64,000 bases of DNA from Chiloscyllium plagiosum (GCF_004010195.1 NC_057719.1:93139946-93203945), one strand, 5' to 3'; positions 11,701 to 25,554 are shown, counted from the stretch's first letter. Translations and numbers: made by a program. Notes: generated by a model from the sequence alone, not told the origin.

Positions 11701-12899
11701 AACATCTCTAAATACTGTTTATTTCCCACAACACTAGCGTGGACTTGGGTGTCTCAGTACTTTTTCCAGTTACACTAACATTTGGAATAACCATCCACGG
11801 ACATAATGCACACTTTCGTTCCACATGAAAGGGACAATGGTATTCAGATCTTCACAGATCAAGTAAATATAAGACCTTAACATGGAGTACAATTTGAATT
11901 TCTCAACTGCACATCCACTCTCTCAGTACCCTACAACAGAGAAAACAGATTACCACTGCTAATGTAGGATGGAACTGCATAGAACAATTAGAGTATTAAA
12001 TTGTAGTTTTCATTTCTTATTCACAAAATCCCGACAGAGTGGAAATACGTCTTTCAGGACAACAGGTCTACAACAACTCTTCGAACAGTGTCTCACCCAG
12101 ACCCATTCCCCCACTCTATTATCCAACATTTACTCCTGACTAATGCACCTAACTTACACATCTCTGAACACTAATGGGAAATGTAGCATGGCAACTAAGC
12201 TGTGCATCTTTTCCCCCAATGCTTTTAAATCTCAGTCTTACACAATTTCTCTCTTCCTTGAACTGAAATCCAAACTAAAAACCTGGACAAAGTGAGCAAT
12301 GGGAGAGAAAGTACAGAAAGATTACGTTTGGAGGCTCAGACAGGGACAAGTGGAACACTGTATGTTCTGGTGGTTTCGACTCGTTTTCTTATCAGCCGCT
12401 ACAAAGGAGGTATTACCCGACTTTGAAGAGTGTGGGATTTGAACCTGACCCACCCGGTCAAGGTGTAAGGACACTACCAACATTTCATGCTATGTAGTGT
12501 AAAGAAGTGGGAGATTTTCTCAATCTCACTCACATTGAAGCTCCAAGAGATACTCCCACCTACTATCTGAGGTAGGAATGGGGAGATAGTGTAAATGGGT
12601 GGGGTGAGAGATTGGGGAACTGCCTTTCAAAAGAGCATTTTGCTTTACTTGGACATTTCAATTCATGCTCCTATTAAGCTTTACTTATCTCCCCATTTAT
12701 GTTCCGTCTTGCGCATTTAAAGGGAGGTATCTCCTTCCTGCACACTCTGATCAAAACAAATCTGGTGTAACTGCAATCAGACAAATTAGAACTTTGATTG
12801 TGGGCTCATCCTTATTCTTATCCATGACAATCCTGAATATTTTCAAAGGATTCTGATAACGGTCCGCACAATACTCCCTCACTGATACTTCCGCACTTG

Positions 12900-13520
12900 T
12901 CCACCTTAATAACCTAAAATTGAGTCCAGGAACACCCCTTTCCTTTTTGGAGTTCTACATTCTAGCTTCAAAATCTGCACTGTGTCTATTTTGCATGTGG
13001 CTCCAAACCATTCAAACTATAACTTTAATGTTTGGGACATTGAAATTCCCTGTGATCACAATCCTATTACCTTAACACTTACTTGAAATTTGCCTCACCT
13101 GATCTTCTCGTTGTATCCAGACGGGTTTATTGAAGGAGCTATAAACTCCCTCAACATAAGTGTGACATTCTCTTCTTCTTCTGTCTCCCTCACTGTCTCA
13201 AATGAAGACCCTGTACACTAGAGTACTGAGCCTCCAATCCTGCCTCTCCTTAAACCATGTCTCAGTGACATCAATGTAAACATATGCACAGGTTTTAATT
13301 TGGATCCTCAACTCATCTGTCTTGTTCACCAAACTCATAGCATTAAAAGCTGTGCTATTCAATAATGTCAAATTCCCTTATATATTAACTAGTCGGTAAT
13401 GTTGATGCCTTCCTGACTCGCTTCAAGATTCTTCTCTTTTCTCCTTACCCGTTTGGACATGCTCTCCGAATCCCATCGTCTTGCCAAGTTAGGTTACACA
13501 CCTCCCAAGAGCACATTTAA
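12900..13520 (-). mobile_element. Decayed CR1 ORF1 end / ORF2 endonuclease region
   Basis: Reverse strand resembles the CR1 APE region (..GNFN.P, ETW motifs); heavily mutated. Confidence 0.5.
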
Positions 13521-13864
13521 CTAAATATCCTGCAGACCACGCTGACTTTGGATGTGCTTCACCCAAATGCTCACGTGAAGGGTACACATAATTATCTTAC
13601 CATCAATGCCATCACACTGAGGCAGACCTGACGCAGCATAGTTTTAATTAAAACGTTGATTTGTATGATCTATAATAAGTCATTTAACCATGAAAAACAG
13701 GTCCAGAAAACGTGGTTCGGATATCGACAACAACAGCACCAAAATCCAACACTGATCCAACAAAGATGTTGGTAGAATTAGAGAGTTGGAGCTAAAGGGA
13801 GATGCAGAATAGGTTGGGGGTTCTCCCTGGAGCGTCGGAGTCAAAGTGGTTACTTTACAGATGA

Positions 13865-14530
13865 GCATGGGGAGAATGAATAACGAAGTCCTACTTTTTT
13901 CCCTTGGAGGGAGATTTCAAAACTAGAGGGCATTGTTTGATGGTAAGATGGCAAAGATTTAAAAGGGACCTGGAAGGCGAACAGTTTACTCAGAGACTAG
14001 CATGTGTTTTCTACCTGTTATTTGTGAGACTTGGGCATCACTGGCTGACCATTATTTGTATCCCCATTGCTATTTGCCCCAAGAAGGTGGTGGTGAGCAG
14101 CCTTCCTCAATTACTGCAGGCCACTTTACCCACCATGCTGGTAGGAAGGGAATTCAAGGATTTTGACCCTACGACTGCGAAGGAACGACAGTATATTTCC
14201 AAGTCACGGCGGTGATTGGCTTGGAGGGAAACTTTTCGGTGGTGGTGTTCCCCTTCTCTCCAGTTCTTCTCGGTGGAAGTAGCCTTGGATTTACACGGTC
14301 CTGTCTGAGGATCTTTTGTGTATGCAACTAGCTGGCAGATGTAGTGATGGACACTGGTGCATTTACAACTTTTAAAAGGTATCTGGATGGGTATATTAAT
14401 AGAAAATGTTCACAGACATATGGGCCAAATGCTCGTAATTTGGAAGCTATCAATTTGGGATATCTCGTACAGTTGGACGACTTGGACTTAAGACTATGTT
14501 TCCGTATTGTATTCCTCTATGACTCTAAAA
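13865..14530 (+). mobile_element. CR1 3' end with a nested opposite-strand LINE tail (~14000-14320)
   Basis: KTRGHCL.VR..RFKRDL...FTQR, then resumes as FTTFKRYLDGYIN and ends in the ctatgactcta tail. Confidence 0.75.
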
Positions 14531-15249
14531 GCTCAAGTTATATCGCGAAAATCTGAAAACAAAAAAGAAATCGAAAAGTGCTGGAATTATTCACATCGTT
14601 TGGGAGCATCGGAAGTGGTGATAGATACAGGAAACATTGTCGCCTTGAAGAACTGTTCAGATGATAACAGTGAGGCACGACAGTATCCGTGACTGGCTGA
14701 GTGCCAGAAAAATGTGATTAAAATATTGTGTTGATTTAAAATAGTCTTACCAAACCATAGAGTTGCTGGCACTTCAGAGATAAGCGACTGATGGTGATTT
14801 AACCTGAGGGCCATTAAACATCAAGCAAGGGAAGAGGGCGAGAAGTAGAGGTGATGGGACTAGCACGCATTCTAGTAGTATCAGACGGCATTGTATATCA
14901 ACAGTGCAGCTTTCTGAGCTAAACTGATTTCTGGAGCTAGATTAATTAGGTGATTGATGTCCAGAATGGATACGATGAGGCTATTCTGGTCAACAGCTTT
15001 ATATCAGACAATCTGACTCCAATTTATTCCGTATTTATCTGCGATTCTCTCTTTTCGAAAGCAGACACGAGTGACAAACAGTGCAGAGTGTAAGTTTTAC
15101 GTGGCCTCCACAGCGAGAGGATTCGTGTTATGGAGCGGGGATATTTTTCTGGAAGGGCATTGGTGAGAAGACACCTGGGGTACTTTCTTCTTGTTTAACA
15201 CTCACCTAAAGTGTGACTAACTCTCCAAACGTGCTGTCCACGATATTCT

Positions 15250-15525
15250 CAGCTGGTGCTGCTGCTGCCGAAAAAGAGAAATAGAGTGCTCGCGCGCTCG
15301 AGGTAAGTTTTTAAAGGTTCAAATCAATGACTCACCACGCCAAACAGGTCCCTGGTCCAAGCTCCCGCACTTCGAACTGCTGGTGGTGGTGGCAAAAAAT
15401 GAAAGGGAGGACTCGGCATTGAGGTAAGTTTTTAAAAGTTCAGATCAGTGATTCACCGCTCCCGACAGGCCCAAGGTCCATGCTCCCGCCTGACAAGCTG
15501 CTGCTGCTGCTGAAAAACAGAGTGT
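15250..15525. repeat. Tandem repeat, 121-bp period, about 2.3 copies
   Basis: gaggtaagtttttaaa at 15300 and 15421; ggtcca.gctcccgc and gctgctgctg..gaaaaa also recur. Confidence 0.8.
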
Positions 15526-15624
15526 ATTGGTTAAAGTCATGAAGTGGGTGAATCGGACTATTTATGACAGCTTTTACAAAGAGTCTCCTGCTTCTGCACT
15601 CACCCAGGGCTGCAGTCATATGGC

Positions 15625-16490
15625 ACGAGTCGAGATTGTGGTGCTGGAAAAGCACAGCAGGCCAGGTAGCATCCGAGGAGATGCGCCTTCTCCACCGCCA
15701 AATCTAAGACATCGAATACCTGGAGGAAGGATGTCTCAGTTTCCTGCTTGGGATTCGACAATCACATGGCATCAAGGTCGATTTCACTCATTTCCTCTTC
15801 TTCTGTGACCTGCTACCTCGTCGCAAATCCAGCCCTCTAACTCGGCACCGCCCTCTTGAACAATTCTATACGTCCATCTTCCTTCAACCCATCCCTTTCA
15901 CCCTCTCCTCATAGCCCCCAACCTGCATTGACCTATCACTTTCCCAGCTACCTAACCAGCCCCACACACCGTCCCATTTATCTCTCAGCCCTCTTCCCCT
16001 CTCCCACATTCCTCATGAAACGGTTATGCCCAAAATATCGATTCTGCTGCTCCTTGGATGCTGCCTGAAATTTTGTGCTTTTCCAAAGCCACAATTTGAT
16101 GCAACCAGAAAGAAGTACACTTTATTTTCCACTTGTGGATCCCGCAGCCCTCTGGAGTCAATATTGAATTCAATAGATTTCGGGCCTGAACTCCACCACG
16201 TCCCACCTCCTATTCCTTATGGTTAGCTACTAACAGCCTCCCAGCCAGATGGTTTTCGACCGCTTTGTCTAACTACTCCTGTGTCTCTTTTTGGACTGTA
16301 TCTTCATCTATCATTCACTCCGTAATCCCTACCTTCTGCATATAATCTGGCATTGTTTCTCAGAAACGCCAGTTTTTTGAGAAAGTGTCACCAGACCTGA
16401 GACTTTCCCTTCATGGATGCTGCCAGATTTGGTGAGTTTTTCCAACAATTTCTGACTTTGTTTCTGACTTAGAGTGTCCACAGTTCTATC
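15625..16490 (+). mobile_element. Two adjacent Penelope-like 3' fragments with an inverted pLTR
   Basis: GIY-YIG C-termini (LEEG...SHGIKVDFTHF ~15720-15793; PEEVHFIFHL..PSGVNIEFNRF ~16105-16180). pLTR tails at ~16010-16095 and ~16375-16490. Inverted pLTR at 15625-15680. Confidence 0.75.
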
Positions 16491-16824
16491 ATTTTCAACT
16501 TACTGGGAGTTTCTAATTCGGTTCTAGAAGCCGACATCATGTGTTTAAAAACCCTCCCAATCCAGGACTATCTACATTTCTCTCTTAATCTTTGCTGTCT
16601 CTCCCACTCCCTGCACACTCACCGAATACTCCCTCACAGTGAATCTTTGCCTGTACAGCTTATGATCACGTATCAGCCTGCTGGCACTACACTCTCAGTC
16701 ACCCCATTGGCTGAAGGACAACACAAACTCTTCTGTTGGTCTGTAGCCGCCATCAATCATACAAACTACATTCTGAAGTGAGTGGGGGAATCCTCCCTGC
16801 CGCATTGTTGGGTCAGTTGTGACC

Positions 16825-17155
16825 TTAACGAGGTTTATAAGATAATGAGCGACATGGATAGAGTTAAATGACAATGTATTTTACCTGGGTGGGCTAGCCC
16901 AAATCTACAGGCAATAGGTTTAGGTGAGAGGGGAAAGTTTTAAAAGGGAAGGACGGGCAACATTTTCATCAGATGGTGGTGCCTGCATGGAATTGTCTGT
17001 CAGAGGAATTGGAGAAGGCTGCAACAATTATATCATTTGAAATACATCTAGATGGGTATATAAATAGAAAGTGTTTAGAGGGATATGGACCAAGTGCTGG
17101 CAAATGGGACGTGATTAACTTAGCTTATCTGGTCGGCATGGACATGTTTGATCAA
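16825..17155 (+). mobile_element. CR1 3' fragment
   Basis: VPAWNCLSEELEKA...HLDGYINRKCLEGYGP matches the CR1 ORF2 C-terminus. Confidence 0.8.
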
Positions 17156-17629
17156 AAATGGAATAAGCTTTGTCATTCGCACTGAATGGGGCAGTATTAC
17201 AGAACACAGAGCTTGGGAACTATTCAGCCCATTGGGGCTGTACTCTCTCCCAAATGTAAATGTTGCAAGTCTGTCCCAACTCCCCTGCCATTTGCCCACA
17301 GCGCTCAAATCTTTCCTGGAGTAGTTAAATTCCATATCTTTTTTGACAATAATTGCTGAATCAGCATCTAAACTGTTCCAGCATCTCAGAACTTATTCAG
17401 GAATATAATCATCACATTTTCACTCAGCAGTATTTGCTAATTACATGAAAGTGGCTACTAAAACTGTAACGATGGTAATAATTTCCCTCTATTAAGAAAA
17501 TCAAATTCCCTAGGAACAATTCTGCACCTAGACTCAATCTCTGCTTAACCTTCTTGGCTCCAAGGATAAATTTCCGAGTTTCTGCTACGTCTCCACAAAA
17601 CAAAAACATTTCTTACTTTTTTTTATTTT

Positions 17630-19560
17630 ATCGTGTCATAGAGATGTATAACACAGAAACAGACCCTTCCATCCAACACGTCCATGCAAACCAGGTAACC
17701 AACATTAGTCTGTCCCATTTGTCAGCACTTGGCAATATGCTTCCAAAACATTCCCTAATAATGTACCCACTTATGCCTTTTAAGTCTTGAAATTGTACCA
17801 GCCTCCATATTTCCTCTGGCAGCTCATTCCATACAGGTACCATGTTCACCTTGAAAACATTGCCTTTAAACCTTTTCTCTCTCAACTTAAAACCATTCTG
17901 TCTCGCATTGGACCCAATTTACCTGGGAAAATTATACCTTGTCTGTTAGACATATCAAGGTCCCTCATGATTTTATCAACTACGATAATGTCACCACTCA
18001 GCCTCCGATGTTCCAGGGAAAATAGCTTCAGCCTATTCAGCCTCTCCCTACTGCTCAAACCCACCAAACTTGCCAATATCTTTGCACATCTTTTCTGAAA
18101 CCTTCCAAGTTTCACAATATCATTCAGTATGGAAGTAGAATTCCAGCAGCTTCTTTATCAATGACCTGTACAGTGGCAAAATGATGTCACGACTGTCCTC
18201 AATAAACTGAACAATAAACGCAAACAAACCAAACGCCTTCACGACCCTGCAGACCTGTGACTCCCCTTTCAAAGAACTATGAACCTGTACTCTAAGGTCT
18301 CTTTCTTCAGCAATACTCTTAGGAACTTGCCATTAAGGGTATAAGCACAGCCCTGATTTGCCTTTCCAAAATGCAGCAGCTCACATTTTTTGCTAAACCT
18401 TTTCTCTCTCAACTTAAAACCATTCTGTCTCGCATTGGACCCAATTTACCTGGGAAAATTATACCTTGTCTGTTAGACACGGTGGCACAGTGGTTAGCAC
18501 TGCTGCCTCACAGGGCCAGAGACCCGGGTTCAATTCCCGCCTCAGGCGACTGACTGTGTGGAGTTTGCACGTTCTCCCCGTGACTGCGTGGGTTTCCTCC
18601 GGGTGCTCCGGTTTCCTCCCACAGTCCAAAGATGTGCAGGTCAGGTGAATGGGCCATGCTAAATTGTCCGTAGTGTTAGGTAAGGGGTAAATGTAGGGTT
18701 ATGGGTGGGTTGCGCTTCGGCGGGTCGGTGTGGACTTGTTGGGCCGAAGGGCCTGTTTCCACACTGTAAAGTAATCTAATCGAAAGCCATGGTGACTATG
18801 CCTAATCACTTCTTGCCCTTGCCAAATATATTTAAATCCTGTCCCATAGAATCCCATCCAACAGCATGCAAGCCAGTAACTGTAGGCTCACTGGGCTATT
18901 GTTCCCTGGCCTTTCCATACTACCTTTCACAAAGAATGTACTCCAGCACCTTACCTATGGCTGCTGATGATGCAAACATCTCAGCGAGGGGCTCATCAAT
19001 CACTTTCCTCGATTCCCACGGTGTTGGAATACACCTGATCAGATCCCATGATTTATCCACTTTGATGTGATTTAAGATATCCAGATTTTCCTCCTGTGTA
19101 ATATGGACACTTGGCAAGTTATCACTATTTCCATATTCTCTAGATTCCATATCGTCTTTCGGTAGAAACAGAAGTGAAATACTCGTATAGGATCTCTACC
19201 ATCTCCTGTGGTTCCATAGACAGCCCTGTTGATCTTTGAGAGTCCCTATTCTTTGCCTGGTTACATTTTTTCTTCTTAGTGCATTTGGAGGATCTCTGGA
19301 TTCTCGTTAAACCTATTTCCCAAGCTATCTCATGTCCCCTTTTTGCCCTCCTGGTTTCTCACGAGTGTAATCCAATTGTTTTCACTCCTCGAGGGATTCA
19401 CTGCAACCCAGCTATATTCAACTAGCATATCCCGCCTTCATCTTCTTAACAAGAGCCTCAATTTCCCTACACATATACCATTCTCTACAACTACCAGCTT
19501 TGCCTTTAACAGCAACATACCGTCTCTGTATTCACATTGTTTCATTTTACAGGTCTATTG
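17630..19560 (-). mobile_element. Fragmented CR1 ORF2, interrupted by a V-SINE
   Basis: RERLNRLKLFSLEHRRLSGD, VWNELPEE, HITQEENLDILNHIKVDKS..D. Confidence 0.8.
18478..18781 (+). mobile_element. Young V-SINE (HE1-like)
   Basis: cacggtggcacagtggttagc (box A), ggttcaattcc (box B), V core and gggccgaagggcctgtttcc tail. Highly similar to the 50900-51183 copy. Confidence 0.92.
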
Positions 19561-21130
19561 AGGGAATGACAGGTGAGGAAATAGAATAAATCATTATCAG
19601 TAAAGATTTAGAGCTGGGAAACCAATCAGTCTAAAGGCAGATAGTTCTCCTGGCCCGGATGAAATGTATCTCAGGGTCTAAAAGAAAGGGCCTTGGAAAA
19701 TAGCAAATACACCTGTGATAATTCACTAAAATTAGCTGGAGTCTGGGACGGTTTAGGCAGATTGGAAACCTGCAAATGTGATACCACTATTAAAGAAAAA
19801 AACAATAAGTACATTTTTGTAATGGCAAAATGCTTGAATCTCTGACGGAAGTAGTAGCGACATATCTGGATAGAAGTAGCTCCACTGCGCGGACCACATC
19901 GTCGATTCATGAAACATAGGTCATGTTTAACGCATTTACTGGAATTCTTTGAAGACATTACGAGCCTGTTGGACAATGGGGAACTAATGGACGTTGTGCA
20001 TCTGAATTTCCAAAAGGCATTCGACAGGTTTCCATGCAAAAGGTTGCTGCATAAGATAAAGGTGGCCTGTATTGTGGTTGACGCATTAGCATAATAGAAG
20101 GTTGGTTAATGAACACAAAGTAAACAGAGGGGATAAACAGGTGTTTGGATCAGTGTTGGTTACACAATTGTTTACAATTTACACAGATGATTTGGAGTTG
20201 GGGACCAAGTCTAGTGTGTCAGAGTTCTCAGATGACAGTAAGATGAGTCGAAGAACAAAGTGTGCAGAGGCTACCAGAAGTCTGCAGAGGGATACAGTTA
20301 GTTTAAGTGAGTGGACAAGAGTCTGACAGATGAAGTACAATATTGGTAAAGGTGATATCATCCATATTGGTAGGATTAACAGCAAACTGGCCTGTTAGTT
20401 AAATTGTGAAGAATTGCAGCATGCTGCTGCGCAGACGGGGTTGTGTGTCCTTGTGCATGATTTACAAGAAATGGGTTTGCAGTCGCCTCATGAAATTAAG
20501 GCAATACTGTTCTTCCTTGACAGAGGGATGCAGTTTAAATGCTGGGACGTTGTGCTGCAGCTGTATAGAGTACGGGTGAGGGCCCATGTAGCGTAATGTG
20601 TCAAGTTTCAGTCTCCGTACTTCAGCAAGATTATACTGGCATTGAGGGTGTGAACAGGAGTTTGAGTGCAGGGATGAGAATGTTGACTTATGTGGAGAGA
20701 ATGAGTAGAATGTTACTTATACTCATTGGAATTTAGAATAATAGTAGGCCGTATCAGAAAAATATTAAAAATTATGAAGTCAATAGATAAGATCGAAGCA
20801 GGGAGGTTATTCCAGCTGTGGGCGTGTGAAACTTGGGAGCACAGTGTCAAAATAAGAGGGAGCATATTTAGGTCTGAGTTGAAGAGGACTAGCTTCAACC
20901 AAAGTGTTGTGAATCTCTGGAGTTCCACTCTGGGGTGAAAGACTTGAGGCTACCATCTTAAACGTTTTAAGGCAAAGGTAAATTTGTGAACAGAAATTGA
21001 ATTGATAGTTAAGGTGAGAGTGCAATAAGGTGGAGCTGAGGCCATGAAAAGAAATTAGCCCTGACCTTATTGAATAGCAGAGCAGGCTTAAAGAGACAGA
21101 TGGAATATTCCTGCTCATATTCCTCATGTT
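19560..21130 (+). mobile_element. Decayed CR1 ORF2 RT to 3' tail
   Basis: SCLTHLLEFFEDIT..D.VHLNFQKAFD, LFTIYTDDL..FSDD, VVNLWSS. Confidence 0.85.
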
Positions 21131-21359
21131 CATCTCTTCCCACTTTCCAACCATCCCTTTACGTGTAAAATGCCTTTCCCCATTAAATTTTGAATGTTCT
21201 TTCCTTGTACCGTCAAAAATGGTCTTCATTCAATATCTAACTTTCACTTTTACAGTTGTTATATTCTGTTGTATAAATATTTTAAAATTAGTAGAACTAT
21301 CACGGAATCTCGACAACATAGAAAGAGGAATGATCCTCAGACACTCCAAGGCTACTCGG

Positions 21360-21530
21360 TAATGCTTTATTTCCCATGGCGAATCCACCTAACCTACCCA
21401 TCTTTGGAATGTAGGAGGAAACCAAAGCACCTGGAGGAAACCCACCCATATAAACTTCACGCAGTCAGTCGCCTGAGGCTGGACTTAAACCCATGTCTTT
21501 GATGCTGAGGCAGCAGTGCTAACCATTGAT
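21360..21530 (-). mobile_element. Partial V-SINE
   Basis: ggaggaaaccaaagcacctggaggaaaccca...gaggcagcagtgctaacca. Confidence 0.75.
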
Positions 21531-21619
21531 ACACAAAACTGTGGGCACTTTGGTGTCAAAGTACTCGCCTACTGATAAACTAGTTATTGTAGCCCGGCCT
21601 TTTTCCCCAAAAAGAACGG

Positions 21620-21925
21620 GTTCAGTGGCTAGTGGAATAGATTTGGGTTTGAATCCCTCCACGGGATATAGTGGAATTTGAATTCAATAAATATCTGGAA
21701 TTAACAATCTACTGACGATCGTGACTCAATTCCCGATTGTTGGAAAAGCCCATCTGGTTCACTAATGTTCATTAGGGAAAGAAGCTGCCATCGTTACATT
21801 GTTTGTACGACATGTGACTTCAGTCCCATTGAAATGTTGTGATTCATAACTCTCATCTCGGCAATGAGGAATGGGCAACAAATGCTGACCTATCAGTGAC
21901 ACGCTCATGCTATGAATGAATAATG
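21620..21925 (+). mobile_element. tRNA-derived SINE of a different family (MetaSINE-like core)
   Basis: Box B-like ggtttgaatcc, core cccatctggttcactaatgttc.ttagggaa..ctgcc, tail gggcaacaaatgctgacc...atgaatgaataa. Family name recalled from memory, not verified. Confidence 0.55.
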
Positions 21926-22204
21926 GAAAAATGTCAATCTTTTCTCCTTCTCTAGTTGGTACATCCTACAAACTGAAACAAAAAAAGACTTTCTTGAACA
22001 CACTGAACACATCCCTTTCCATTCAAGGCCTTGACACTACAGAAGTCCCAGTTTATCTTTGGGATGTTGAAAACCCTTATAACTATAAATGTATTATTCT
22101 CTCAGTTAACTGAACTATCTCTCTAAATTTGCTTCTCAATTTTACATTGGCTATTGCGGGGGGTGGGGTGCTGAGGGTGGGAATTGGGGGGATATGGTGG
22201 GTGG

Positions 22205-23640
22205 CTGCAGTCTATAGTACAATCCCAATAAAGTGATCATCCCTTTCTTAGTTCCACCTAATAGCTTCACTGGACTCACTTCCAGGAATATTCTCCAAAG
22301 CACAAGCTAATGATAAACGTCACTCTCCCGCCTCTATCATCCTCCTTTCTGTCCTTGCGATAACATCTGTACCCTGGGACATGGCGCTTTCTTCCATATC
22401 CATGCCTGAGCCAAGTCTCTGCAATGACGATGATATCCTGGTCCCATGTTCACAACCATACTCTGAGATAACTGCTTCACCTTTCAGGTCTCCTGCATTT
22501 AAATAACTACAATGTTATTGTTCAGTCCTACCTCATTCTCTGCTTTGACCTTGCCTGCCTTGAATGTTTGACTTCTGAACTGCATCATCGTACCACTTAT
22601 CTCTTTTCTCACTATCTCTTTGAGTTTAAGATACTCGCTTGCTGGTTTAATGCCTCCCAAGTCGCACGAGCAAATCCCTCTCTCTGAATTTTTGTCCCAT
22701 TCCAATTCAGGAACAATCCACCCTTCATATGCAGGTGATTTCTAGCCCAGCAGAGATTCCAAAGATCCAATAAATCCTTCCCCACTGCACCAAGTCCTTA
22801 GCCACTTATTTATCTGCTCTATCCTGCTAGTCCTACTCTCATTAGCATGTGGCACCTGGAGTAATCCAGAGATTATTACCCACGAGTACATAACTTTTAA
22901 CCTCTTGTCTAATTTGTTATATTCTGTCATCAGTAACACATCCTTTTCTGTTCCTATATCATTGATAACAATGTACAACGACCCCCCACTGATAATTTTC
23001 CCTTTAAAAATATGTTCCACAAGCAGGCAGCTCCCCATTTTGAAGTACCCCTATCCGTGGCAGAAACGGCCGTCTGTGGTCGCCATGAATCGCTTCCAAC
23101 CTGATATGTTTCTCAGCATATTAGAGCTAGTCTCGGTACTAGTAACGTGGCTGTCCACTGAAGCTTCATTCCGCTAAAGTTCTGTCACTCACTACTTTTT
23201 GCAAACCATTAAACACGTTTGAGGTAGGGATAGCTACAGCAGACTCCTGCAATTTTTGCCAATCCCTCGTAGCTTTCCTGGTGGTAACCATGCTGCAATC
23301 ATGAAAATGACACGCATCACACCCCATGGATCCTGTAAATTCCTCCTTTCCTTTAACCACTGCTCCAACTTCTCCGTGGAATCCGTTAGGATTTAAAACC
23401 GCTCTGACTGCAGACAAAATCATTTTGATCATTCAAACTCTCACTATTCCCTCATATACAATAGAAAGATCACATCATTTCACAAAAACCCATCTCTGTG
23501 CCTTAACAATCCACAGATCAAAGAAAGGCACAGTCTTACTGCTGTGCAAAATATCGACTGATAATAACTTAATACCTATGTCTTATGTTTTTAAAAAAAT
23601 CCAGACACGTTAAAAATATATTTAAAAGGAACCCTCAATA
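22205..23640 (-). mobile_element. CR1 5' part: 5'UTR, ORF1 (SGNH esterase-like) and start of ORF2
   Basis: ORF 22742..23038 INDIG..E.NKL.KRLK...VIISGLL.VP.A..SR...IEQINKWLRTWCSGEGF is typical CR1 ORF1. Confidence 0.8.
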
Positions 23641-23649
23641 TATTGTGGA

Positions 23650-25215
23650 TTTTCTTGAAAAATATCCATATCACAGAGGATGAAGTGCTGGATGTCTTGA
23701 AAAGCATAAAGGTGGACAAATCCCCTGGACCTGATTAGGTGCACCCTCGAACTCTGTGGGAAGCTAGGGAAGTGATTGCTGGGCTTCTTGCTGAGAAATT
23801 TGGATCATCGATGATCACAGATAAGGTGCCGAAAGACTGTAGGTTTGCTAATGTGGTGCCATTGTTTAAGAAGTGTATTAGGACAAGCCATGGAACTATA
23901 GACCAGTGAACCTGACAATGGTGGAGGGTATTTTGTTGGAGGTAATCCTGAGGGACAGGATATACATGTATTTGTAAAGGCATGGCTTTATGAGTGGGGA
24001 GTCATGTCTCACAAATTTGATTGAGTCTTTTAAACAGGATTGATGACGGGCAGAGCGGTAGATATGATATATATGGATTCAGTAAGGCGTTCGATGAGAG
24101 TCCCCATAAGAGACTGGACAGCAAGTTTAGATCTCACGGAATACACTCAAATGTAGAAAACAAGGGGTTGTGGTCGAGGTGTGTTTTTCATTATGGAGGC
24201 CTGTGACGAGTGGAGTGCTGCAAGGATTGTTGCTGGGTCCTCGACTTTTCGTCAGTTAAAAGATGATTTTGATGCAAGCATAAGAGGTATTGTTAGTAAA
24301 TATGCAGATGACATCAGATAGTGGACAGTGAAGAAGGTGACCTCAGATTAAAACAGGATATTGTTCAGATGATCCAATGGGCTAAGAAGTGGCTAATAGA
24401 AATTAGTTCAGATAAATGCGAAGTACTGTATTTTGGAAAAACAAAACTTAGCAGGACTTATACTCTTAGTGGTAAGGTCCCGGGGAGTCTTGCTGAACAA
24501 AGAGATCTTGGAGTGCAGATTCATAGGTCCTTGAAAGTGGAGTCGCAAGTAGATAGGATAGTGAAGAAGGCGTTTGGTATGCTTTCCTTTATTGCTCATT
24601 GAGTATTGAGTACAGGAGTTGGGAGGTCATTTTGCAGCTATAGAGGACATTGGTTAGGCTACTGTTGGGATATTGCATGCAATACTGGTCTCCTTCCTAT
24701 CTGAAATATGTTGTGAAACTTGAAACAGTTCATAAAAGATTTACAAGGATGTTTCCAGGGTTGGAGGATTTGAGCTATAGAAGGAGGCTGAACAGGCTGG
24801 GCTGTTTTTCCTGGAGCGTCGAAGGCATAGCAACGAACTTATAGAAGGTTACAAAATTATGACAGGCATGGACAGGATAAATAGACAAAGTCTTTCCCCT
24901 GGGGTGGCGGAGTCCAGAACCAGAAGGCATCGGTACAGGGTGAGAGGGGAAATATATAAAAGAGACCTAAGGGGCAATTTTGTCACGCAGAGGGTGATAC
25001 GTGTATGGAATGAGCTGCCAGAGGAAGTGTGGAGGCTGGTACATTTGCAACATTGAAAAGGCATTTGGATGGGTGTATGAATAGGAAGGGTTTGCAGGGG
25101 TATGGGCTTGTTTCTGGCAGATGGGACTAGATTAGGTTTAAATTTCTGGTCGACACGAACTAGTTGGACTGAAGTGTCTGTTTCCATGCTGTATATCTCT
25201 CTGACTCTATGAATC
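23650..25215 (+). mobile_element. CR1 ORF2 (RT to 3' tail), decayed
   Basis: HITEDEVL..IKVDKSPGPD, FSKAFD, KYADD, KCEVLYFG, QRDLGVQIHRSLK, FVTQRVIRVWNELPEEV, tail gactctatg. Confidence 0.9.
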
Positions 25216-25554
25216 TATGTTAAATACTGAAGGTAAATTGGAATCCCAGAGTTGGTATCTGGCCAAGTTAGAACGGAAGAACTAGTGAAAATGGTCAATT
25301 GACATGATCAAAATGCCTTTGTGCTTAAAGAAACTAACTTGGGAATTTATGGCATTGCTAAGTGATGAATTGTTGCTGTTGGCTGAATAGGTAGTAAACA
25401 TGACCAGGAGTATAATTTATCAGGAGTGAACTTTAACGGTCGACACAGGAACCACATGTAAAAAGAAATCACAACAGAACAATTATCAAGAAATTATGCA
25501 TCCCTTCCCATTCACCCAACAAATCTGTTCTATGCTTCTTTGAAATGGATGTCC

